Shown here piece by piece: positions 27,665 to 41,006 of a stretch of DNA of 64,000 nucleotides (position 1 is the stretch's first letter; each line of letters starts with the position of its first letter). The stretch is from NCBI GenBank assembly GCA_902795065.1, contig CADBJR010000011.1:2090-66089 (forward strand), written 5' to 3'. The notes under the pieces are model-generated. The model was not told where the DNA came from. It saw only the letters and a program-made list of their open reading frames with translations, and made no database searches. Origin of the DNA: an uncultured Coriobacteriaceae bacterium (GTDB lineage: Bacteria; Actinomycetota; Coriobacteriia; Coriobacteriales; Atopobiaceae). The translations under genes were made by a program, and so were the position numbers.

Positions 27665-27900
27665 GCGGTGTAGACAGGCTTGCGAGAAGCGCTGCAAAAC
27701 CTGTGCAAAACCGGAGCCCGCGTGTTGAAAAGTTTTCAGGGGAGTAGGGGAGATGTTCAGAGCCGTGAAATCCAACCAATTCTCGAGTGGTGCGGAATAG
27801 CGCGGCTAGCTGCGGCGGAGTGCAGTTATAAGCCGTTTCGACAGACGTTATTGCTATGATTGGGATATATAAGAAGAGATAAGCAATAGAAGGGGCAGAA
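27665..27900. promoter_or_regulatory. dnaA-dnaN spacer: candidate oriC/DUE segment
   Basis: TGTTGAAAAG (27723-27732) lies within the palindrome TGAAAAGTTTTCA (27726-27738). Repeated CAAAACC elements. An A/T-rich stretch GTTATTGCTATGATTGGGATATATAAGAAGAGATAAGCAATAGAA sits just before dnaN. This is the usual oriC position in actinobacteria. Confidence 0.4.
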
Positions 27901-29004
27901 ATGAAATTCTCAGTCAGCCAGAGCTCGCTCGCAACCGCTCTTTCTATCGTGGGCAAGGGGATGAGCGGCAACTCGACCATCCCGCTGCTCTCGGGCATCT
28001 ACATCAAGGCCGACAACGGCATGCTCGAGTTCCAGACCAACAACCTCACCATCTCGATCCGCCACAAGATCACCGCCAACGTGGAGGAGCCGGGCGAGGT
28101 CGTGGTCTCGGGCAAGCTCCTCACGGGCATCGTGAAGAACCTTCCCGATGCGGCCGTCACCTTCGAGGGAGGCGAGCGCACGCTTACGATCACCTGCCTC
28201 TCCTCGCTCTTCAGGCTGAACACCCTCGACGCCAAGGATTGGTCGGAGTTCCCCGAGGTCGCCTTCGCGAGCGCCTGCGAGCTGCCGAGCGAAATCCTCT
28301 CCGAGATGGCGAACAAGGTCTATAAGGTCACCTCGAAGGAGAACTCGCGTCCGATCCTCCAAGGAGTCCTGCTCAGCGCGCATGACAACACTCTGCGCCT
28401 CGTCGCGACCGACTCGTACCGCCTTGCCATGTGCGAGACCTACGCGGCCTCCGAGTCGACGGTCGATGACTTCTCGCTCATCATCCCCGGCACCGTCTTC
28501 CACGACGTCCTCACGATGCCGTCGATGACCGAGAAGATCCTCATCGGCACCACCGCGAACCAGATCGTCTTCTCGTTCGGCACGACAACCTACGTCTCAC
28601 GCAAGACCGAGGGCACCTATCCCGATTATCGTCAGCTGCTGCCCAAGACCTATGCGACCGCGGTCACCGTCGATACCGAGCAGTTCCTCGCAGCGCTGCG
28701 CCGCGTGGCGACGATTGCAACCACGATGCCCATCATGCGCATCGACATCGACGCCGACGGGCAGATGATGAAGCTCTCGATCAACACGCGCGACCAGGGT
28801 GAGTCCACCGAGTACATCCCGGCGAGCGTCGAGGGCTCCTCGATGGCCCTCTCGCTCAATCACCATTACGTGGCGGAGTGCCTCGTCTCCGCACCCGACC
28901 GCGAGAAGATCCTCATCGAGCTCCAGAGCCCCACGCTGCCGACCGTCTTCAAGTCGTCCGACAAGATCAACTACCTGTATCTTGTCATGCCCTCGCTGCT
29001 CTAA
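27901..29004 (+). CDS. dnaN: DNA polymerase III beta sliding clamp
   Basis: MKFSVSQSSL..IPLLSGIYIKA..LVATDSYRLA..; length and position are canonical. Confidence 0.96.
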   Translation: MKFSVSQSSLATALSIVGKGMSGNSTIPLLSGIYIKADNGMLEFQTNNLTISIRHKITANVEEPGEVVVSGKLLTGIVKNLPDAAVTFEGGERTLTITCLSSLFRLNTLDAKDWSEFPEVAFASACELPSEILSEMANKVYKVTSKENSRPILQGVLLSAHDNTLRLVATDSYRLAMCETYAASESTVDDFSLIIPGTVFHDVLTMPSMTEKILIGTTANQIVFSFGTTTYVSRKTEGTYPDYRQLLPKTYATAVTVDTEQFLAALRRVATIATTMPIMRIDIDADGQMMKLSINTRDQGESTEYIPASVEGSSMALSLNHHYVAECLVSAPDREKILIELQSPTLPTVFKSSDKINYLYLVMPSLL

Positions 29005-29005
29005 C

Positions 29006-30088
29006 GTGGGACTTGCGGTCTCAGAGCTCCATCTCGCCAGCTTCCGGAACCTCAAGGACCGGGATTTAGCGTTCTCGCCCTCGACCACGATACTCGTGGG
29101 CGAGAACGCGAGCGGCAAGACCAATACCGTGGAGGCGCTGCAGCTCCTCACCTCGGGATACTCGTTCAGGCACCCCACCCCCTCCCAGCTCATCTCGGAA
29201 GGGGAGGAGAGGAGCCTCATCAGCGCCCGTCTTAGAGGAGACGGGCGCGTGGTCGACGTGGCATGCGAGATCGAACCCAAGCGGAAGGTCTTCTACAAGA
29301 ACGGGAAGAAGTGTGCCTCGAAGGACATGCCAGGGACGCTCTTCTCCGTCCTGTTCAACCCCGACGACCTGTTCCTCGTGAAGCGGGGGGCGTCGTACCG
29401 TCGCGACGAGATCGACTCGTTCGCACGGCAGGCCAACCCCAACTACGACAAGGTGCTCTCGACGTACCTGCGTACGGTCGAGCAGCGCAACCACCTCCTC
29501 AAGGAGGAGCGGCCCGACCCGGCGCTGCTCGACGTCTGGGACGAGTCCCTGGCGCTCGGCGGTGCCACGCTCCTTCTCGCGCGGCACCGGCTCTTCGAGC
29601 GCCTCCAGGAGAAGGTCGTGGCGGCGTATGTGCGGATCGCCTCCGGCGAGGAGCTCTCCATGCGCTATGCCGCAACCATGGGAGACGACCTTCTGTACCT
29701 GTCGCGCGAAGAGGTGCGCGACAGGTACAGGGAGATGCTGCGGGCGGGCCGCGCCGACGACCTGCGGCGCCAGCAGACGCTCATCGGCCCGCACCGCGAC
29801 GATATCGAGTTCTCGATCGCGGGCCGTGAGGCCCGCGCGTACGCCAGCCAGGGCCAGCAGCGCTCGGTCGTGCTCGCACTCAAGCTCGCGGAGGTCGTTC
29901 TTGCCCGGGAGCTCGTCGACGACCAGCCGCTGCTTCTGCTCGACGACGTGATGAGCGAGCTCGACGCACAGCGCAGGGCCGCGGTCGTGTCGTTCATCAA
30001 GGAGGGCATCCAGACGATCATCACGACCACCAACCTCGGGTATTTCTCGCAGGAAATGGTGGACGCGGCGAAGGTGGTGGAGTTCTGA
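29006..30088 (+). CDS. recF: DNA replication/repair protein RecF
   Basis: GTG 29006 lies 1 nt after the dnaN stop. FRNLKD..ILVGENASGKTN (Walker A), ASQGQQRSVVLALKLAE (signature), LLLLDDVMSELD (Walker B). Confidence 0.93.
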   Translation: MGLAVSELHLASFRNLKDRDLAFSPSTTILVGENASGKTNTVEALQLLTSGYSFRHPTPSQLISEGEERSLISARLRGDGRVVDVACEIEPKRKVFYKNGKKCASKDMPGTLFSVLFNPDDLFLVKRGASYRRDEIDSFARQANPNYDKVLSTYLRTVEQRNHLLKEERPDPALLDVWDESLALGGATLLLARHRLFERLQEKVVAAYVRIASGEELSMRYAATMGDDLLYLSREEVRDRYREMLRAGRADDLRRQQTLIGPHRDDIEFSIAGREARAYASQGQQRSVVLALKLAEVVLARELVDDQPLLLLDDVMSELDAQRRAAVVSFIKEGIQTIITTTNLGYFSQEMVDAAKVVEF

Positions 30089-30089
30089 G

Positions 30090-30572
30090 ATGGCCGGCGA
30101 GCCCGAGAAGATCGGCGGCGTGCTGGGCGGGATGTTCGGCGATGGCGGCGCCTTGCGCATGAACGCGCACAAACGCGCGCTCGGCATGTGGATGCGCGTG
30201 AACGGCGACGTCGAGCGCAAGCACACCTGCGGCGCGTTCATCAAGCCGATGCCACACGCGGACCCGTCGCTCACCATCTACCTCGACTCGCGGTCGCGCG
30301 TCGTGGACTTCAACGCCAACCGCGAGCTGTACCTCCAGCGCCTCGCCTACGGTGGCCTGCCCCTCTCCCGCATCGAGTTCCGCCTCGCGAAGGATGCCGC
30401 CGCACGCTCCTCCGCCGATGAGGAGGCGGAGGAGCGGGAGCTGCCCGAGCTGTCCGACGAGGAGCTCGAGCTGGTGCGTGCAGCCACGGCCAACCTCGCC
30501 GAACCGCTCAGGTCGAGTGTTTCTAAGGCGATGATTGCGTCGATGAGGCGTGGGAAGGCCTTCCCCTCTTAA
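30090..30572 (+). CDS. dciA: DUF721/DciA-family protein (ancestral DnaB-helicase loader family)
   Basis: Conserved recF-DUF721-gyrB position. ALGMWMRVNGDVERKHTCGAF..SLTIYLDSRSRVVDFNANRELYLQRL fits the DUF721 pattern (W..v.G..i..hT..v....g.L.v.vdS). Acidic C-terminal tail. Confidence 0.7.
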   Translation: MAGEPEKIGGVLGGMFGDGGALRMNAHKRALGMWMRVNGDVERKHTCGAFIKPMPHADPSLTIYLDSRSRVVDFNANRELYLQRLAYGGLPLSRIEFRLAKDAAARSSADEEAEERELPELSDEELELVRAATANLAEPLRSSVSKAMIASMRRGKAFPS

Positions 30573-30641
30573 ATATCGAAAGTCGGCCTCAAATCGGCTT
30601 GTAGCGCCTCCTAGGGGCATACCAAACAAATGTACGTATAG

Positions 30642-32678
<2,037 letters not shown>

Positions 32679-32716
32679 CGAGCAACTGACGAAGCACTGA
32701 CGAGAAAGGCCCAGCA

Positions 32717-35452
<2,736 letters not shown>

Positions 35453-35471
35453 CTTCACGCGATAACGATGC

Positions 35472-35511
35472 GAGCGCCCCGAACTCCACGTGGTTCGGGG
35501 CGCTCCTTTTT
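35472..35511 (+). terminator. Intrinsic terminator of gyrA
   Basis: GAGCGCCCCGAAC-TCCACGTG-GTTCGGGGCGCTC (13-bp stem) followed by CTTTTTC. Confidence 0.8.
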
Positions 35512-35518
35512 CAGGATT

Positions 35519-35561
35519 CCAGTTGTTTGTAGTTTTGCGGCACGGAAATACAAACAACTGG
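35519..35561. repeat. Palindromic repeat copy 1 (CCAGTTGTTTGTA ... TACAAACAACTGG)
   Basis: 13-bp perfect arms with a 17-nt loop. Shares the CAGTTGTTTGTA core with copy 2. Confidence 0.75.
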
Positions 35562-35603
35562 AGGGTGCGACAGCGTTTGCCCAGTTGGGCCGCGACGGGC
35601 GTT

Positions 35604-35655
35604 CAGTTGTTTGTACTTTTCCACAGCAGCGATGCCTGAAAAGTACAAACAACTG
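35604..35655. repeat. Palindromic repeat copy 2 (CAGTTGTTTGTACTTTT ... AAAAGTACAAACAACTG)
   Basis: 17-bp perfect arms with an 18-nt loop. A/T-rich arms in a G+C-rich genome. Lies between the convergent gyrA and nuclease-family genes. Confidence 0.75.
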
Positions 35656-35694
35656 GATAATCGGGCAATTTCTAACAGCAAAGGGATGGAAAGC

Positions 35695-36135
35695 CTACTC
35701 CGCGGTTTCTCCGAAGTCGGCGGGGGAGAGGTTCTCCACGAACGAGTGGAACTCCTCGAGCGAGTGCTGGCGCTCCGCCTCCTCGACGCCGCCGAAATCG
35801 GGCAGCGTGGCGGTATCGACCACATCTTCGGTCGCGAAGATGGGTGCTCCTGCGCGGACGGCCAGTGCGATGGCGTCGGAGGGACGGGCGTCGATGTTCC
35901 GAACGCTCTCGTCGGGCAGGCGCAGGGTGATGCGCGCGTAGAACGTGGTGCCCTCGACCTTGCGCTTCGCCGGCGCGCCGTTGACGCCCATGCTGATCGC
36001 CGTCGCCTCGACCGTGCCGATGCGGATGGGCAGCTGGACATCGCGTCCATCCGCGCGGGTGCGCAGGATGACGAGCGATGTGATGTTGCCGCCGCCCACG
36101 ACGACTGTCTGGATGTCCATGCGAATGAGCGCCAT
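35695..36135 (-). CDS. Bifunctional nuclease (BFN/DUF151) family protein
   Basis: ATG 36135 follows GGAGGGAG. LVILRTRADGRDVQLPIRIGTVEATAI..NIDARPSDAIALAVRAGAPIFATEDV matches the DUF151 pattern. Confidence 0.7.
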   Translation of the reverse strand: MALIRMDIQTVVVGGGNITSLVILRTRADGRDVQLPIRIGTVEATAISMGVNGAPAKRKVEGTTFYARITLRLPDESVRNIDARPSDAIALAVRAGAPIFATEDVVDTATLPDFGGVEEAERQHSLEEFHSFVENLSPADFGETAE

Positions 36136-36239
36136 GCTCTCTCCCTCCGTACTGCGTATCCTACCCAAGATCGGGGCCCGCGCAACCCGGGATCGCGATT
36201 AGTCGGCGAATCGCAACGTTGGAAATCGAAAAAAACCAG

Positions 36240-36268
36240 TTGACCCCGCGCCGACCGCGTTGTATCAT
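36240..36268 (+). promoter_or_regulatory. Sigma-70-type promoter for tRNA-Ile
   Basis: TTGACC (36240-36245), a 17-nt spacer, then TATCAT (36263-36268). The tRNA starts 14 nt downstream. Confidence 0.5.
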
Positions 36269-36281
36269 CAGTTTCTGCGTT

Positions 36282-36358
36282 GGGCCTGTAGCTCAGTTGG
36301 TCAGAGCGTCCGGCTGATAACCGGGAGGTCACAAGTTCGAACCTTGTCAGGCCCACCA
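36282..36358 (+). tRNA. tRNA-Ile (anticodon GAU)
   Basis: GGGCCTGTAGCTCAGTTGGTCAGAGCGTCCGGCTGATAACCGGGAGGTCACAAGTTCGAACCTTGTCAGGCCCACCA. Anticodon loop CTGATAA, encoded CCA. Confidence 0.92.
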
Positions 36359-36373
36359 CTTCCTGACAATAGT

Positions 36374-36413
36374 CGCCCCAGCGTGAGCCGAGTCGCCGCT
36401 GGGGCGTCTATTT
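36374..36413 (+). terminator. Stem-loop between tRNA-Ile and tRNA-Ala
   Basis: CGCCCCAGCG (36374-36383) pairs with CGCTGGGGCG (36397-36406), followed by TCTATTT. Confidence 0.45.
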
Positions 36414-36430
36414 GTAGGAAGGCAGCATAC

Positions 36431-36506
36431 GGGGATGTAGCTCAGCTGGGAGAGCGCGGGCTTTGCAAGCCTGAGGCCGAGGGTTCGAGCCCCTTCATCT
36501 CCACCA
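36431..36506 (+). tRNA. tRNA-Ala (anticodon UGC)
   Basis: GGGGATGTAGCTCAGCTGGGAGAGCGCGGGCTTTGCAAGCCTGAGGCCGAGGGTTCGAGCCCCTTCATCTCCACCA. G3:U70 identity pair, anticodon loop TTTGCAA, encoded CCA. Confidence 0.92.
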
Positions 36507-36513
36507 CATTCTC

Positions 36514-36539
36514 CGAGCCGCGTTCCTGCGGCTCGTTTC
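36514..36539 (+). terminator. Stem-loop after tRNA-Ala
   Basis: CGAGCCGC-GTTCCT-GCGGCTCG followed by TTTCG. Confidence 0.5.
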
Positions 36540-36558
36540 GTATCGCTGGGAGGCTGGC

Positions 36559-36975
36559 ATGGCAGATCGCAAGACGGGCGTATCCCCCGAGCTCGACGAG
36601 CTTTCGGGGAACCTTATCGGAGAAGCCCTGGACATGCTCGCCGACGGCGAGGAGTTCGGCATCCTGGTCGCGGTCGAGGACGTCGACGAGGAGGTCGAGA
36701 CGCTCGACTTCTCCGACGACGGTCCCGAGGAGTGCCTCGAGGCCGCCCGCGAGTACGTTTCCGACCTGCGCGATTCCCTCGTGCGCTATACCATCTGCTA
36801 CGTCGGCGCCGTCGCTGTCGAGACGGACGCCTACGACGACGCCCTCATCTTCGAGTTCGGCGAGCGCGGATATGAGCACTTCTCCGGCTACATGCTGTTC
36901 GAGGGCAGGGGAGAGGGCGAGAACTTCGCCTGGGGAGACCCCGAGCCCGCCGGCGAGATCGAGCCGCTGCTGTAG
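36559..36975 (+). CDS. Small highly acidic hypothetical protein
   Basis: 138-aa ORF with genome-typical codon usage (G/C third positions). D/E-rich. No motif that I recognise. Confidence 0.5.
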   Translation: MADRKTGVSPELDELSGNLIGEALDMLADGEEFGILVAVEDVDEEVETLDFSDDGPEECLEAAREYVSDLRDSLVRYTICYVGAVAVETDAYDDALIFEFGERGYEHFSGYMLFEGRGEGENFAWGDPEPAGEIEPLL

Positions 36976-37000
36976 GTCGAGGAACATGGGCGGCATAGTG

Positions 37001-37179
37001 GAGCTTTTCCGCCCTGCATCGTTGATTCAGCCGCGTACGTGCCGCAAATGGTAACGCTGGTGTGCAGAAGGACCTCGACGAAGGCCTGTTCTCCAGCGTT
37101 TGTCCAGCTGATCATGGGAAGCAAAGGACAGCTATTCCAGGTGCGTTACCATTTGAGGCCCGTACGCGGCGAAAAGCTC
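37001..37179. repeat. MITE/REP-like inverted-repeat element, copy A
   Basis: 28-nt arms GCCGCGTACGTGCCGCAAATGGTAACGC (37030-37057) and its near-complement at 37143-37170 (26/28), plus outer 9-bp arms GAGCTTTTC/GAAAAGCTC. The same arm family recurs at 47049-47188. Confidence 0.55.
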
Positions 37180-37278
37180 GATTTCAGCACCCCAACTGCA
37201 AAGGTTTTGTAAACACGGCCGCTCGGCGGTCCGTCCGTGCTACAGTTTTCCGGGCAAAATCTCGAGATAGGGACCGCT

Positions 37279-39067
<1,789 letters not shown>

Positions 39068-39071
<4 letters not shown>

Positions 39072-40312
39072 CCGATATAGCTTCCCGAATACTTGATGTA
39101 GGCGTCCGAATACCCGGCGTCCTGAGCCTGCGCGAGCAGCGTCTGCGCGGCGCCCTCGCTGTCGGGGCAGCCGAGCGTGACCACGTACCAGGGGCTGCTG
39201 TTGAGGTTGTCCCAGTCGGTCGTGAGGAAGACCTCGACGGCGAAACCGTTCGTGTCGGCATCGCGCGCGAAGGCGAGCGCCTCGTTGAGATCCTGCGAGG
39301 CGGATGCCCACACACCCCAGAACGGCGTCGTCCTTTCCGACACCCCGGTCGGAGCGGTGATCGCGCCGACGCCCGTGTAGATCGAGATCCAGGAGCGCAC
39401 GACGTCTCCCTCGACGGCGAGCCACCGCTCGCAGGCCAGAACGTCGCTCTCCTCGGGGCTGTTCCAGTGGAGGGGGTTCCCGCCTGCGCCGACGTAGGGG
39501 ATGTGCAGCCAAACATCACGCTTCATGCCGTTGTAGATGGCGGTTCCGATGAGCCACTTCTCCTCCTTCGCCTCGGAGGAGTGCTCCGCACGCTCGGACC
39601 AGTCGATGTTCGCCACGACGCGGATGCCGTCGTTGGGAACCTCGAGGTTCATCCCCTCGTCGTAGGCGACCCAGCGGGCGCCGCGCCCAGCGTACAGCCG
39701 CGGGACGGTGGTGATCACGCCGCACGGCACCTGCACGGTCTGGTCATCCTCGAGGGCATCCTCGACGAACGCCTCTTCCTGCGGTGTCTCTTCCGCTGCA
39801 GCCGCGTCTTCTGCAGGCTGCTCTTCCGGTGCGCCCTCCTCGGCTGCGGGTTCTTCGGGGGCCTCCTCCACCTCGGTCTTTTCGAATGTGAAGGTGGTGA
39901 CGGTCCCGCGCGCGTCGTCGAACCTCAGCACGAGGGTGCTGCCGTCGAACGAGACCGTCTCGAACACCGCTTCGTTGCGGGCCGTGAAGCTGAGGCGGTT
40001 GCCGGAGAGGGTGTAACCGAGGTCGGTGATCGCCTCGGAGCCGAAGCGGCCGCTGTACTGGGTGCGGACGAGGGCCGCGCTGCTGTCGTCGGGGAACTCG
40101 AGGCGGTACTCGATGCCGTTCGCCGCGAGGTACTCCTCGGCGGTGCAGTCCGCGACCGCGCCGTCGCCCTCGACCGAGATCGCGGTCAGCTGCCACACCG
40201 TGCCCGCGACGCTCTCCGCGCTCGTGCTCCCGCCGCATGCCGCGAGGGTGAATGCGCAGAGAAGCGCCAGTGCGAGGGTGGCGATGGGGGAGTGCTTCCG
40301 CGGGCGTTCCAT
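39068..40312 (-). CDS. Lipoprotein with acidic linker and C-terminal SPOR-like domain
   Basis: ATG 40312 (GGAG upstream). The lipobox in LALALLCAFTLAAC|GG suggests a signal peptidase II substrate. E/P/A-rich linker. The C-terminus FWGVWASAS..EALAFARDA..WYVVTLGCPDSEGAAQTLLAQAQDAGYSDAYIK resembles SPOR. The longer ORF to 40579 overlaps the tRNA genes. Confidence 0.65.
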
Positions 40313-40443
40313 CAGTGCTCCAGACGCGAGAGGTGCGGTGCTTGTCCGAATAATCGTAGCATCGCGGGATAACGTGCGGAAACCACCAATTCCTTCTCGA
40401 CAAGGAGCTGGGAAAGTGGCTATAATACCCCTTGCGTTTCTTT

Positions 40444-40535
40444 GGAGAGTTGTCCGAGCTGGCCGAAGGAGCACGATTGGAAATCGTGTAGGCGCCGAAA
40501 GCGTCTCCGGGGTTCGAATCCCCGACTCTCCGCCA
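40444..40535 (+). tRNA. tRNA-Ser (anticodon GGA)
   Basis: GGAGAGTTGTCCGAGCTGG...CACGATTGGAAATCGTG...GGGGTTCGAATCCCCGACTCTCCGCCA. Long variable arm, anticodon loop TTGGAAA. Confidence 0.9.
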
Positions 40536-40583
40536 GATCTTCCCGTGGCGTCCCGCGATACGGGGCGCCACGTTGCCACTAAT

Positions 40584-40673
40584 GGAGAGGTGGCAGAGTG
40601 GTTGAATGCGGCGGTCTCGAAAACCGTTTGGCCTTTTCAGGTCACGGGGGTTCGAATCCCCCCCTCTCCGCCA
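40584..40673 (+). tRNA. tRNA-Ser (anticodon CGA)
   Basis: GGAGAGGTGGCAGAGTGG...GCGGTCTCGAAAACCGT...GGGGGTTCGAATCCCCCCCTCTCCGCCA. Long variable arm, anticodon loop CTCGAAA. Confidence 0.9.
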
Positions 40674-40716
40674 GAAAACAAGACGGGCAGCCCGCGCGGC
40701 TGCCCGATTTGTTTTC
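40653..40716 (+). repeat. Direct repeat copy 1: last 21 nt of tRNA-Ser(CGA) plus its hairpin terminator
   Basis: CGAATCCCCCCCTCTCCGCCAGAAAACAAGACGGGCAGCCCGCGCGGCTGCCCGATTTGTTTTC. Identical over 64 nt to 40820-40883. Confidence 0.9.
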
Positions 40717-40819
40717 TTACAGTTCGGGGGATTCGAACCCCGTTGGGGGCGCGAGGCTCCAGTGGAGCCTCGCGGGCCGAGCGAAGCGAGGCCAAGGAGC
40801 GTTGCCGCAGGCAACGCGG

Positions 40820-40883
40820 CGAATCCCCCCCTCTCCGCCAGAAAACAAGACGGGCAGCCCGCGCGGCTGCCCGATTTGTTTTC
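40820..40883 (+). repeat. Direct repeat copy 2 (orphan tRNA-Ser 3' end plus terminator); att-site-like
   Basis: 64/64 identity with 40653-40716. The upstream sequence cannot complete a T-stem or acceptor stem, so it is a tRNA 3' fragment and not a gene. Confidence 0.9.
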
Positions 40884-41006
40884 CGGCGGAGGGATGTTCC
40901 GCCCCCTAAAATGCCGAATCGTGAGCCGTCCCCAAATCGACAAGTTACGGAACAGCCCTTCGATGTGGGTATACTGTGAGCAGGTCTCTCCCACGAAAGG
41001 ACGATC

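Noticed and set aside
35519-35655. Possible mini-CRISPR array (repeated about 30-nt sequences after gyrA)
   Set aside because: There are only two units. Each is a self-complementary hairpin whose two arms are the repeated part. There are no direct repeats separated by unique spacers and no cas genes.
36260-37054. 264-aa plus-strand ORF covering tRNA-Ile, tRNA-Ala and the acidic protein region
   Set aside because: It reads straight through two tRNA genes and their terminators. It is in a different frame from the better-supported 36559..36975 ORF.
40717-40819. A tRNA (possibly tRNA-Sec or a minus-strand tRNA) in the spacer between the 64-bp repeats
   Set aside because: The minus strand has a perfect T-arm (CGGGG-TTCGAAT-CCCCG). 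However, the flanking 7-mers cannot form an acceptor stem, no 5-bp/7-nt anticodon arm with U33 can be drawn, and on the plus strand the second repeat lacks a pairing T-stem. I could not fold a cloverleaf by hand.
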